Assembly (NCBI RefSeq): GCF_000485595.1
Contig: NW_014577070.1
Location: forward strand, 854,526-918,525
DNA from: Priapulus caudatus
Lineage: Eukaryota
Reading direction: 5' to 3'
DNA: 64,000 nucleotides
Shown here piece after piece: positions 38,022-53,000 of this stretch. Position numbers and translations under genes: made by a program. A model generated the notes under the pieces. It searched no databases. It was given only the letters and a program-made list of their open reading frames with translations, and had not been told where the DNA came from. Numbering within the stretch: the stretch's first letter is position 1; every line of letters starts with the position of its first letter.

Positions 38022-41000
38022 GGAAGCTATTAGATATATGAAAAAAGATCAGAAGCTATTCTTATTGTTAAATGAACTAGAGTGGAAATAATTATTATTG
38101 ACCTGAAATGTATCGCCTTTATATCAATAGTTCTTGTGAGCGTCTGCACGTCTTACGCTTACTACTTTACTTAGCCAAAATTTAGTTATGGTAACACTGC
38201 TTGTCAACATCAACTACATAACATGCTCATGGATAATGCTTACGCAATCAGTGTCTCAATTTTAACTAACTCTTATTTTGTTTTGTTTTAAAGGTTTTTT
38301 TTGTATTAATTTTTATTTTAACAATTCACGCTGTTTGTTGTGTATTTCGTTTTTCATACCATATTCTCTAAGAGAAATACTAACAGGTAATCCCAGTGCA
38401 GAATATTTTGCTTGTTATATACATGATACGGAACATGTATACAGATATATTACTTACGTTTTGCTTACACAGTCTGTTGGTAACATTAGGTAATTTAATA
38501 TAACATTCACAATCGCATGTATAATTTATGCATTACTCTATTAACATATACACTCGGCTTGCTTGAAAGTACTGTTAGAGATGATCAATACTGTAGATGG
38601 AGGAACTAATCACTGCCTAAAACCTACTGCTGAAATAGGAGCACGTGTTGATGTCCTTACTAAAACGCGAATGAGCTCATGCTTCTAATGCAATACTGCT
38701 AAAGCTACTCACAAAACTTAATGTATAGGATGGAGGAACTAACTACTGCCTAGAAACCTACTGCTAAATAGGAGCACTGGTTGATGACCTTACTAAAACG
38801 TGAGATGAGCCTCATGCTTCTAATAGAATACTACTAAACCTACTGCCACGCGAACTAAAAGCGATGTTGTTTCAATACAGTCGCCGAGAGATCACGGTTG
38901 AAGCTATTACAGCCGGCTGAGGTTGGATTAGAAGTACATATGATGGCGAGGTAAGGAGGTCGACGTGCAAATAGAAGCTATTGCGCCCACAGAAGTGAGC
39001 CTTGACCTCGAACAGGAGCAGGAAATCAAGCAAGTGGAGTTGGAAATTCAACCAGTATCACCTTCCGTGCCTGCGCTTGATATTCCCACAGAAGAAACCA
39101 AGGAAGTGGAGATGCAGCGTTCAACCAGGCGTCCTGTAGAGGTTTCTGTTGATGTGACTACAGAAGAAACTAAGGAAGTGGAGATGCAAGTTCAACCAGG
39201 CGTTCCTGTAGAGGTTTCCATTGACATGGCTACAGAAGAAACTAAAAAGTCGAGAATGGCAAGTTCAACCAGGTCCCTGTAGAGGTTTCTGTGATGTGAC
39301 TACAGAAGAAACTAAGGAAGTGGAGATGCAAGTTCAACCAGGCGTTCCTACAGAAGTTTCCGTTGATGTTACACAGAGGAAACGCAAGGAAGCAGAGATG
39401 GTAATTCAACACATGTCCCTGGTGAGGTCGGCTTAGAAATCCAGTAGAGACAACGGTGGAAGATGTTACGATGGATGTACCAAAGCCAGAACCGACTGAA
39501 GAATCTGACTGTTGATCTTCCAACTGATATTGAAGTTGTTGGAAATGGCCGAGGAGGATGTTGTAATGGAGGTTGCAGACGTTCCTGCAGTATCACCTGA
39601 TACAGCGAAGAAGAAGTCATGGCGTAGATATTTCGCTCAACAACAGAAGAGGTTACTGAAGTATCCAGAAGAAATGGCCAGCACAATCGTTCTTCCAACC
39701 AAGCCAGAGGAAGTTTCCGCAAGAACTCGCAGATGCCACTGAAGCAGTTGAAGTCATTGTTAAAACAAAAGATGAAATCCGGGAAGAGAATTGAGGAGGT
39801 GTCTGAGGAACTCGTTATTACTCCAAAAACCAATAACGTCGTTGAGGAAATGTGCTGAGGAGGTTACCTTTAAGCCAATGACACAGGAAGAGGGAACAGG
39901 TATGTCATTTTGTTGTACCATCTGCGATATTCTTTTCTACTTGTGATAGGCAACAAATAATGCTTTTGAATTGGTAAGATTCATGTGATTATTGGCTATT
40001 ACTATTGTGATATGTCCAACTGGGTTCATTGGTAGTTTTATATTGTGACGAGGTTAATTAATTCTGTTTTTTAAACTCAATTGGAAAAGTGGTAGATATA
40101 TACTTCACACATGTGCCTCCTTCTGCATGATCAGTGGCAATTTAAAACCTGCAATTTTGCTATAGCAAAATTCAACATAACAGCTGGCTGCATCAAACGC
40201 CTATGGATTTCCCATGTTTAATTAATTAAGTGTATGAGTGTTATGTTATGTTGATTTTCTAATTCATGGCCAGATCAGGTGCTAACCTTATATAGGTATT
40301 TGCTTTGGCACAAATGCTATGTGTTAAAACACGGGTAATGTTAAATAACCGTACTGAACTATGATTGACATTCGCAACCATTTGCATTAACATTATTCTT
40401 CCTGCAATGAACTGAACAGGTAATCCTCCAACTAAGCTAATAACCGACAGGCTTCTAACAAAGACTAAAATAGTCAATTAATTCCATGTGCTTTTAACTA
40501 TTCACTTAACATCTTGATTTTATAAAATGGTTATATACATAACTTACACAACAATGCATGATGCACATCACATTATATTTTTTAAAGAGAATGACCAAGT
40601 TTAATGACTTACAACTTAACCATGTTGCTGAGGCATGGGTTGGAGACGTATTGCGACACGAAAAGTACCGCAACTAACGCATACTAATTTATATAATGCT
40701 AATTGTCGCATCAAGCTGAATGGATGTTATTTCAATACAGTCCCGGAGGAGATCACGTTGAAGGCTGTTACCCCGCCTGAGGTTGGACTAGAGGTACCAT
40801 ATGATGGGGAGGTAAAGGAGGTCGACGTGCAAATGAAGCATTGCGCCCATAGAAGTGAGCCTTGACCTCGAACAGGCAGCAGGAAATCAAGCAAGTGGAG
40901 TTGGAAATTCAACCAGTATCACCTTCCGTGGCTTACGCTTGATATTTCCACAGAAGAAACCAAGGAAGTGGAGATGGCAGGTTCAACCAGGCGTCCCTGT

Positions 41001-44000
41001 AGAGGTTTCTGTTTGATGTGACTACAGAAGAAACTAAGGAAGTTGAGATGCAAGTTCTAACCAGGCGTTCCTACAGAAGTTTCCGTTGATGTTGCTACAG
41101 AGGAAACCAAGGAAGCAGAGATGGTAATTCAACCACGATGTCCCTGGTGAGGTCCGGCTAGAAATCCAGTAGAGACAACGTGGAAGAAGTCACTGATGGA
41201 TGTACCAAAGCCAGAACCGACTGAAGAATTGACTGTTGATCTTCCCAACTGATATTGAAGTTGTTGAAATTCCGAGGAGGATGGTTGTAATGGAGGTTGC
41301 AGACGTTCCTGCAGTATCACCTGATACAGCTGAGAGAGAAGTCATGCTAGATATTCGCCTCAAAACCAACAGAAGAGGTTACGGAAGTATCAGAAAAATG
41401 GCCAGCACAATCGTTCTCCCACCAAGCCAGAGGAAGTTTCGGAGAACTCGCAGATGCCACTGAAGCAGTTGAAGTCATTGTTAAAACAAAAGATGAAATC
41501 CTGGAAGAAATTGAGGAGGTGTCTGAGGAACTCGTTATTACTCCAAAACCAATAACCGTCGTTGAGGAAATTGCTGAGGAGGTACCCTTAAGCCAATGAC
41601 ACAGGAAGAGGTGACAGGTATGTCATTTTGTTGTACCATCTGCGATATTCTTTTCTACTTGTGATAGGCAACAATAACGCTTTTGAATTGGTAAGAATTC
41701 ATGCTGAGTATTGGCTATTACTATTGTGATATGTCCAACTGGTTCATTGGTAGTTTTATATTGTGAAGGCAGTTAATTAATTATGTTTTTAAACTCAATT
41801 GGAAAAATGGTAGATAATATACTCACACATGTGCTCCTTCTTGCATGATCAGTGGCAATTTAAAACCTGCAATTTTGCTATACAATATTCAACATAACAG
41901 CTAGCTGCATCAAACGCCTATGGATTTCCCATGTTTAATTAATTTAAGTGTATGATGTTTATGCTTATGTTGATTGTCTAATTCATGGCAGATCAGGCTA
42001 ACCTTATATAGGTATTTGCTTTGCACAAATGCTATGTGTTAAAACACGGGTAATGTGTTAAATAACGTACTGAACTATGACTTGACATTCGCAACCATTT
42101 GCATTAACATTTTCTTCCTGCAATAACTGAACAGCAATACCTGCCAACTATAGCTCAATAACCTGCCAGTCTTATAACAACGACATAAAATAGTCAATTA
42201 ATTCATGTGCTTTTAACTATTCAACTTAACATCTTGATTTTATAAATGGTTATATATCATACTTTTACAACTATGCATGATGCACATCACATTATATTTT
42301 TTAAAGAGAATGACAAGTTTAATCACTTACAACTTAACCATGTTTGCTGAGGCATGGGTTGGAGACGGTATTGCGACACGGGAAAGTACCGCAACTAACG
42401 ATACTAATTTATAAATGCTAATTGTCGCATCAAGCTGAATGGATGTTGTTTCAATACAGTCGCCGAGGAGATCACGGTTAAGCTGTTACACCGGCTGAGG
42501 TTGGATTAGAAGTACCACATGATGGGGAGGTAAAGGAGGTCGACGTGCAAATAGAAGCTATTGCGCCCATAGAAGTGCAGCCTTGACCTCGAACAGGAGC
42601 AGGAAATCAAGCAAGTGGAGTTGGAAATTCAACCAGTATCACCTTCCGTGGCTGCGCTTGATATTCCCACAGAAGAAACCAAGGAAGTGGAGATGCAAGT
42701 TAACCAGGCCGTTCCTGTAGAGGTTTCCATTGACATGGCTACAGAAGAAACTAAGGAAGTTGGATGCAAGTTCAACCAGGCGTTCCTGTAGAGGTTCCAT
42801 TGACATGGCTACAGAAGAAACTAAGGAAGTCGAGATGCAAGTTCAACCAGGCGTCCCTGTAGAGGTTTCTGTTGATGTGACTACAGAAGAAACTAAGGAA
42901 GTGGAGATGCAAGTTCAACCAGGCGTTCCTACAGAAGTTTCCGTTGATGTTACTACAGAGGAAACCAAGGAAGCAGAGATGGTAATTCAACCACATGTCC
43001 CCTGTGAGGTCGGCCCGTTAGAAATCCCAGTAGAGACAACGGTGGAAGATGTTACGATGGATGTACCAAAGCCCAGAACCGACTGAAGAATTGACTGGTG
43101 ATCTTCCAACTGATATTAAAGTTGTTGAAATGCGAGGAGGGATGTTTTGTAATGGAGGTTGCAGACGTTCCTGCCAGTATCACCTGATACAGCTGAAGAA
43201 GAAGTCATGCTAGATATTCGCTCAAAACCAACAGAAGAGGTTACTGAAGTATCAGAAGAAATGGCCAGCACAATCGTTCTCCCAACCAAGCCAGAGGAAG
43301 TTCTCCAAGATCTCGCAGATGCCACTGAAGCAGTTGAAGTCATTGTTAAAACAAAAGATGAAATCCCGGAGGAAATTGAGGAGGTGTCTGAGGAACTCAT
43401 TATTACTCCAAAACCAACGACCGTCGTTGAGGAAATTTCTGAGGAGGTTACTCTGGAGACAATAGAGGACGAGGTCACAGGTATGGTATCGTGTTGTATT
43501 CTTTGCGATTTTTTTATTGACCTTATTATGGAAATTAATACGTCTACCACGCTCGTCAGCTGCTTGTGATCAGCAGATATTACTCTTGTAATCTGTCCAG
43601 GTGATTCAATTGGTACTGGGATATTATAACTAGGTTATTTAATTCTGTTATTGATGTCAATCGGTAAAATGATCAATTAATATACTTACACGTGTGCCTT
43701 TTCTTTGCACGCGCTATGACATTTTAAAATCAGTGATTTTGCTATGTAATTCAACATAACAGCTGGCTGCAGCACATGTCTATGAATTAACCATGTTTAA
43801 TGAATTCAACATGTATGGTGTGACGTTGACTATCAATTACGTGATATATCATTTCTTAAGTTCCTAACCTTACGCACGCATTGCGCAAATGCTGCGTGCT
43901 AAAACACCGGTAACAATCAGTAACCATGATGCCCCATGACCTGATAATCTCAAAAATTTTGGCTCGTCTTAACATTATTGTTTAAGCAATGTATGTACAA

Positions 44001-47000
44001 CAATACGTGTCAATTATGTCTGATATCGCATCAGCCATAATATGAACACCAAAACTAGCAATTAATTACTTGCGCATTTTAGCTATTTAATTTAACATAT
44101 TGACTTTATAGATACACATATATACTTACTTACACAACAATAATGGCATGATGAAAATCACATATTATTTCTAAAAGGGGTGAGCAGAACTAATGACTGA
44201 TAGCTTAACCACAATGCTAAAGCATGGGTTGGAGACTTATTGCGACACGGAAAAGTATCGCAGCTAACGATACTAATTTATAAATGCTAACTGGCGCATC
44301 AAGCTGAATGGATGTTGTTTCAATACAGTCGCTGAGGAGATCACGGTTGAAGCTGTTACACCGGCTGAGGTTGGATTAGAAGTACCGTATGATGGGGAGG
44401 TAAAGGAAGTCGACGTGCAAATACAAGCTATTGCGCCCACAGAAGTGAGCCTTGACCTCGAACAGGAGCAGGAAATCAAGCAAGTGGAGTTGGAAATTCA
44501 GCCAGTATCACCTTCCATGGCTGCCCTTGATATTCCAACAGAAGAAACCAAGGAGGTGGAGATGCAGGTTCAACCGATCGTCCCTGTAGAGGTTTCTGTT
44601 GATGTAACTACAGAAGAAACTAAGGAAGTGGAGATGCAAGTTCAACCAGGCGTCCCTGTGGAAGTTTCCATCGATATGTCTACAGAGGAAACTAAGGAAG
44701 TGGAGATCCAAGTTCAACCAGGCGTCCCTGTAGAAGTTTCCGTTGACATGGCCACAGAGGAAACTAAGGAGGTGGAGATGCAAATTCAACCAGGCGTCCC
44801 TGTAGAAGTTTCTATTGACATGGCTACAGAGGAAACTAAGGAAGTCGAGATGCAAGTTCAACCAGATGTCCCTGTAGAAGTTTCCATCGATATGTCTACA
44901 GAGGAAACTAAGGAAGTCGAGATGCAAGTTCAACCAGACATCCCTGTAGAAGTGTCCATCGATATGGCTACAGAAGAAACTAAGGAAGTGGAGATGCAAG
45001 TTCAACCAGGCGTCCCTGTAGAAGTTTTCGTTGATGTTACTACAGAGGAAACCAAGGAAGCAGAGATGGTAATTCAACCACATGTCCCTGGTGAGGTCGG
45101 CTTAGAAATCCCAGTAGAGACAACGGTGGAAGATGTTACGATGGATGTACCAAAGCCAGAACCGACTGAAGAATTGACTGTTGATCTTCCAACTGATATT
45201 GAAGTTGTTGAAATTGCCGAGGAGGATGTTGTAATGGAGGTTGCAGACGTTCCTGCAGTATCACCTGATACAGCTGAAGAAGAAGTCATGCTAGATATTC
45301 GCTCAAAACCAACAGAAGAGGTTACTGAAGTATCAGAAGAAATGGCCAGCACAATCGTTCTCCCAACCAAGCCAGAAGAAGCTTCCGAAGAAATTGCAGA
45401 TGCCGCTGAAGCAGTTGAAGTCATTGTTAAAACGAAGGATGACGTCCAGGAAGAAATTGAAGAGGTGTCCGAGGAGCTTGTTATTACTCCAAAACCAACG
45501 ACTGTCGTTGAAGAGATTGATGAGGAAGTTACCCTTAAGAAGGACGAGGTCACAGGTATGGTATTGTGTATTCACTGGATTTTTTCACTTAAGTACGTAC
45601 TGATGGAAATTCGATAGAGCTATCACCCTCGCCAGCTGATCATGGTCACCAACCATTATTGTTGTAATGTGTATAGTTGGTTTTATGGGACTGTGATATT
45701 ATAACTTGTTTACTTATTTCTATTTTTACAAAGTCAATTGATAAAATTATTAAATAATCTTCTCATATGTGGGCTTCAACCCCCCCCCCCCTGATGTATG
45801 ATGTAAGCTTTTTGTCATGTTTACACTTCTTTGCCATTTACGTATGGAAAACAAAGGATGTGTTTACCTTCTAAGGACTAATCATGTTCACCACTTATTA
45901 CTTGGCTTGTTTCTAATGGGCTATGTCAGTAGCTGGACATTACAACTTACTTCATTGCGTTTGTTTAAAACGCAAATCCGCAAAATAATGACATAATATG
46001 CTGAGGGTTGTGCCGTTCTGTTGCACGATTAATAGAGGGTTGAACCAGTGATTGCGCTATATAACTCAACATAACACTTAGTCTTTGCTTTGCTCATCGC
46101 AACTGAGCTCAATGCGTATAATTACTATATTGATCTAATTAGTTAGTTTACAATATCATAACCTTCAAGGTACATGTTTTGCACAAGCGCTGTGTTTCAC
46201 TATGGACTCGAATGCACGCTAATCAGACATTCATGGATATGTGCCTTAATAATATTATTTAGAGATTCCATATAGAAAAATAGATGGCAGTGATGTATGC
46301 TTGTCATATTTACTATGTACACTAAACCTGATTTATTTATTATGAATTTTAGTTGTTAAATTTAACACATTTTGTTTACGTATATATTTACTCACTCAAC
46401 GATAATGGCATGGTGAGAGGCCATTTAAACCGAAGTGCCACAAGACCATTCCCAAGTAGCCTGAGTTGTTTTCGCCTGTGTTGATTTGCCAAGACCAGAA
46501 TTAATGACTTAAAGTTTAACCCTGATGCCAAGGTATGGTTTGGAGGTCTAATGCCACTTGGAAAGGAACGCAATTATTAATACTAATGCATTCATGCTAA
46601 TAATTTACCAAGCTGAAAGGTTGTTATTTCAATGCAGTTGCTGAGGATGTCACTCTTGAACCTGGTGAGCTTGAATTAAATGTACCGTTTGATGGAGAGA
46701 TAAAGGAAGTCGAATTAAAGATAGACGCTGTTACTCCTGCGGAGGTGAGCCTTGACCTTGGACATGAGGGCGAAATCAAGCAAATGGCTTTAGAAATTCA
46801 CCCAGCTTCACCTTCAGTGGTTGCCATTGATATAACCACAGACGAAACTAAGGAAGTGGAGATGCAAATTCAACCAAGAGTCCCAGGCGAGGTTTCAATT
46901 GATTTAACTGTAGAAGAATTCAAGGAGGTGACGATGGAAGTAAAGCCACAAATGCCTGTAGAAGTTTCCTTTGATATTACTACAAAGGAAAGCAGGGAAG

Positions 47001-50000
47001 TTGAGATGCAAGTTCAACCAACAGTGCCGATGGACGTTTCTATTGATTTATCTACAGAAGAATTCAAGGAGGTGGAGATGGAAGTTAAGCCCCAAATGCC
47101 TGTTGAGGTTTCCTTTGATATTACTACAGAGGAAAGCAGGGAAGTTGAGATGCAAATTCAACCAACAGTACCGATGGAAGTTTCTGTTGATATAACTACA
47201 GAGGAATTCACGGAGGTAGAGATGGAAGTTAAGCCCCAAATGCCTGATGAGGTTTCCATTGAGATACCTACAGAGGAAGGCAGGGAAGTTGAGATGCAAA
47301 TTCAACCATCAGTACCGATGGACGTTTCTATTGATTTATCTACAGAAGAATTCAAGGAGGTGGAGATGGAAGTTAATCCCCAAATGCCTGATGAGGTTTC
47401 CATTGATATACCTACAGAGGAAAGCAGGGAAGTTGAGATGCAAATTCAACCATCAGTACCGATGGACGTTTCTCTTGATTTATCTACACAAGAATTCAAG
47501 GAGGTAGAGATGGAAGTTCAGCCAGAAGTGCCTGCTGAGGTGTCAAACGATATAACTACAGAGGAAAGTAGGGAAGTTGAGATGCAAATTCAACCATCAG
47601 TACCGATGGATGTTTTTCTTGATTTATCTACAGAAGAATTCAAGGAGGTGGAGATGGAAGTTAAGCCCCAAATGCCTGATGAGATTTCCATTGATATACC
47701 TACAGAGGAAAGCAGGGAAGTTGAGATGCAAATTCAACCATCAGTACCGATGGATGTTTTTCTTGATTTATCTACAGAAGAATTCAAGGAGGTGGAGATG
47801 GAAGTTAATCCCCAAATGCCTGATGAGGTTTCCATTGATATACCTACAGAGGAAAGCANNNNNNNNNNTTTCCCAAGAACTCGCAGATGCCACTGAAGCA
47901 GTTGAAGTCATTGTTAAAACAAAAGATGAAATCCCGGAAGAAATTGAGGAGGTGTCTGAGGAACTCGTTATTACTCCAAAACCAATAACCGTCGTTGAGG
48001 AAATTGCTGAGGAGGTTACCTTTAAGCCAATGACACAGGAAGAGGGAACAGGTATGTCATTTTGTTGTACCATCTGCGATATTTCTTTTCTACTTGTGAT
48101 AGGCAACAAATAATGCTTTTGAATTGGTAAGATTCATGTGATTATTGGCTATTACTATTGTGATATGTCCAACTGGTTCATTGGTAGTTTTATATTGTGA
48201 CGAGGTTAATTAATTCTGTTTTTTAAACTCAATTGGAAAAGTGGTAGATAATATACTCACACATGTGCCTCCTTCTTGCATGATCAGTGGCAATTTAAAA
48301 CCTGCAATTTTGCTATACAAAATTCAACATAACAGCTGGCTGCATCAAACGCCTATGGATTCCCATGTTTAATTAATTTAAGTGTATGATGTTATGTTAT
48401 GTTGATTTTCTAATTCATGGCAGATCAGGTGCTAACCTTATATAGGTATTTGCTTTGCACAAATGCTATGTGTTAAAACACGGGTAATGTTAAATAACCG
48501 TACTGAACTATGATTGACATTCGCAACCATTTGCATTAACATTATTCTTCCTGCAATAACTGAACAGTAATCCTGCCAACTATAGCTAATAACCTGACAG
48601 GCTTCTAACAAAGACTAAAATAGTCAATTAATTCCATGTGCTTTTAACTATTCAACTTAACATCTTGATTTTATAAATGGTTATATACATACTTACACAA
48701 CAATGCATGATGCACATCACATTATATTTTTTAAAGAGAATGACCAAGTTTAATGACTTACAACTTAACCATGTTGCTGAGGCATGGGTTGGAGACGTAT
48801 TGCGACACGAAAAAGTACCGCAACTAACGATACTAATTTATAAATGCTAATTGTCGCATCAAGCTGAATGGATGTTATTTCAATACAGTCCCCGAGGAGA
48901 TCACGGTTGAAGCTGTTACCCCGGCTGAGGTTGGACTAGAGGTACCATATGATGGGGAGGTAAAGGAGGTCGACGTGCAAATAGAAGCTATTGCGCCCAT
49001 AGAAGTGAGCCTTGACCTCGAACAGGAGCAGGAAATCAAGCAAGTGGAGTTGGAAATTCAACCAGTATCACCTTCCGTGGCTACGCTTGATATTTCCACA
49101 GAAGAAACCAAGGAAGTGGAGATGCAGGTTCAACCAGGCGTCCCTGTAGAGGTTTCTGTTGATGTGACTACAGAAGAAACTAAGGAAGTTGAGATGCAAG
49201 TTCAACCAGGCGTTCCTACAGAAGTTTCCGTTGATGTTGCTACAGAGGAAACCAAGGAAGCAGAGATGGTAATTCAACCACATGTCCCTGGTGAGGTCGG
49301 CTTAGAAATCCCAGTAGAGACAACGGTGGAAGAAGTCACGATGGATGTACCAAAGCCAGAACCGACTGAAGAATTGACTGTTGATCTTCCAACTGATATT
49401 GAAGTTGTTGAAATTGCCGAGGAGGATGTTGTAATGGAGGTTGCAGACGTTCCTGCAGTATCACCTGATACAGCTGAAGAAGAAGTCATGCTAGATATTC
49501 GCTCAAAACCAACAGAAGAGGTTACGGAAGTATCAGAAGAAATGGCCAGCACAATCGTTCTCCCAACCAAGCCAGAGGAAGTTTCCCAAGAACTCGCAGA
49601 TGCCACTGAAGCAGTTGAAGTCATTGTTAAAACAAAAGATGAAATCCTGGAAGAAATTGAGGAGGTGTCTGAGGAACTCGTTATTACTCCAAAACCAATA
49701 ACCGTCGTTGAGGAAATTGCTGAGGAGGTTACCCTTAAGCCAATGACACAGGAAGAGGTGACAGGTATGTCATTTTGTTGTACCATCTGCGATATTTCTT
49801 TTCTACTTGTGATAGGCAACAAATAACGCTTTTGAATTGGTAAGATTCATGTGAGTATTGGCTATTACTATTGTGATATGTCCAACTGGTTCATTGGTAG
49901 TTTTATATTGTGAAGGAGTTAATTAATTATGTTTTTAAACTCAATTGGAAAAATGGTAGATAATATACTCACACATGTGCCTCCTTCTTGCATGATCAGT

Positions 50001-53000
50001 GGCAATTTAAAACCTGCAATTTTGCTATACAATATTCAACATAACAGCTAGCTGCATCAAACGCCTATGGATTTCCCATGTTTAATTAATTTAAGTGTAT
50101 GATGTTTATGTTATGTTGATTGTCTAATTCATGGCAGATCAGGTGCTAACCTTATATAGGTATTTGCTTTGCACAAATGCTATGTGTTAAAACACGGGTA
50201 ATGTTAAATAACCGTACTGAACTATGACTTGACATTCGCAACCATTTGCATTAACATTATTCTTCCTGCAATAACTGAACAGCAATACCTGCCAACTATA
50301 GCTAATAACCTGCCAGTCTTATAACAACGACTAAAATAGTCAATTAATTCCATGTGCTTTTAACTATTCAACTTAACATCTTGATTTTATAAATGGTTAT
50401 ATACATACTTACACAACTATGCATGATGCACATCACATTATATTTTTTAAAGAGAATGACCAAGTTTAATGACTTACAACTTAACCATGTTGCTGAGGCA
50501 TGGGTTGGAGACGTATTGCGACACGGGAAAGTACCGCAACTAACGATACTAATTTATAAATGCTAATTGTCGCATCAAGCTGAATGGATGTTGTTTCAAT
50601 ACAGTCGCCGAGGAGATCACGGTTGAAGCTGTTACACCGGCTGAGGTTGGATTAGAAGTACCACATGATGGGGAGGTAAAGGAGGTCGACGTGCAAATAG
50701 AAGCTATTGCGCCCATAGAAGTGAGCCTTGACCTCGAACAGGAGCAGGAAATCAAGCAAGTGGAGTTGGAAATTCAACCAGTATCACCTTCCGTGGCTGC
50801 GCTTGATATTCCCACAGAAGAAACCAAGGAAGTGGCTGTAGCCATGTCAATGGAAACCTCTACAGGAACGCCTGGTTGAACTTGCATCTGCCTGGTTGAA
50901 CTTGCATCTCCACTTCCTTAGTTTCTTGTCCCTGTAGAAGTTTTCGTTGATGTTACTACAGAGGAAACCAAGGAAGCAGAGATGGTAATTCAACCACATG
51001 TCCCTGGTGAGGTCGGCTTAGAAATCCCAGTAGAGACAACGGTGGAAGAAGTTACGATGGATGTACCAAAGCCAGAACTTACTGAAGAATTGACTGTTGA
51101 TCTTCCAGCTGATATTGAAGTTGTTGAAATTGCCGAGGAGGATGTTGTAATGGAGGTTGCAGACGTTCCTGCAGTATCACCTGATACAGCTGAAGAAGAA
51201 GTCATGCTAGATATTCGCTCAAAACCAACAGAAGAGGTTACTGAAGTATCAGAAGAAATGGCCAGCACAATCGTTCTCCCAACCAAGCCAGAAGAAGCTT
51301 CCGAAGAAATTGCAGATGCCGCTGAAGCAGTTGAAGTCATTGTTAAAACGAAGGATGACGTCCAGGAAGAAATTGAAGAGGTGTCCGAGGAGCTTGTTAT
51401 TACTCCAAAACCAACGACTGTCGTTGAAGAGATTGATGAGGAGGTTACCCTTAAGAAGGACGAGGTCACAGGTATGGTATTGTGTATTCACTGGATTTTT
51501 TCACTTAAGTACGTACTGATGGAAATTCGATAGAGCTATCACCCTCGCCAGCTGATCATGGTCACCAACCATTATTGTTGTAATGTGTATAGTTGGTTTT
51601 ATGGGACTGTGATATTATAACTTGTTTACTTATTTCTATTTTTACAAAGTCAATTGATAAAATTATTAAATAATCTTCTCATATGTGGGCTTCAACCCCC
51701 CCCCCCCTGATGTATGATGTAAGCTTTTTGTCATGTTTACACTTCTTTGCCATTTACGTATGGAAAACAAAGGATGTGTTTACCTTCTAAGGACTAATCA
51801 TGTTCACCACTTATTACTTGGCTTGTTTCTAATGGGCTATGTCAGTAGCTGGACATTACAACTTACTTCATTGCGTTTGTTTAAAACGCAAATCCGCAAA
51901 ATAATGACATAATATGCTGAGGGTTGTGCCGTTCTGTTGCACGATTAATAGAGGGTTGAACCAGTGATTGCGCTATATAACTCAACATAACACTTAGTCT
52001 TTGCTTTGCTCATCGCAACTGAGCTCAATGCGTATAATTACTATATTGATCTAATTAGTTAGTTTACAATATCATAACCTTCAAGGTACATGTTTTGCAC
52101 AAGCGCTGTGTTTCACTATGGACTCGAATGCACGCTAATCAGACATTCATGGATATGTGCCTTAATAATATTATTTAGAGATTCCATATAGAAAAATAGA
52201 TGGCAGTGATGTATGCTTGTCATATTTACTATGTACACTAAACCCGATTTATTTATTATGAATTTTAGTTGTTAAATTTAACACATTTTGTTTACGTATA
52301 TATTTACTCACTCAACGATAATGGCATGGTGAGAGGCCATTTAAACCGAAGTGCCACAAGACCATTCCCAAGTAGCCTGAGTTGTTTTCGCCTGTGTTGA
52401 TTTGCCAAGACCAGAATTAATGACTTAAAGTTTAACCCTGATGCCAAGGCATGGTTTGGAGGTCTAATGCCACTTGGAAAGGAACGCAATTATTAATACT
52501 AATGCATTCATGCTAATAATTTACCAAGCTGAAAGGTTGTTATTTCAATGCAGTTGCTGAGGATGTCACTCTTGAACCTGGTGAGCTTGAATTAAATGTA
52601 CCGTTTGATGGAGAGATAAAGGAAGTCGAATTAAAGATAGACGCTGTTACTCCTGCGGAGGTGAGCCTTGACCTTGGACATGAGGGCGAAATCAAGCAAA
52701 TGGCTTTAGAAATTCACCCAGCTTCACCTTCAGTGGTTGCCATTGATATAACCACAGACGAAACTAAGGAAGTGGAGATGCAAATTCAACCAAGAGTCCC
52801 AGGCGAGGTTTCAATTGATTTAACTGTAGAAGAATTCAAGGAGGTGACGATGGAAGTAAAGCCACAAATGCCTGTAGAAGTTTCCTTTGATATTACTACA
52901 AAGGAAAGCAGGGAAGTTGAGATGCAAGTTCAACCAACAGTGCCGATGGACGTTTCTATTGATTTATCTACAGAAGAATTCAAGGAGGTGGAGATGGAAG

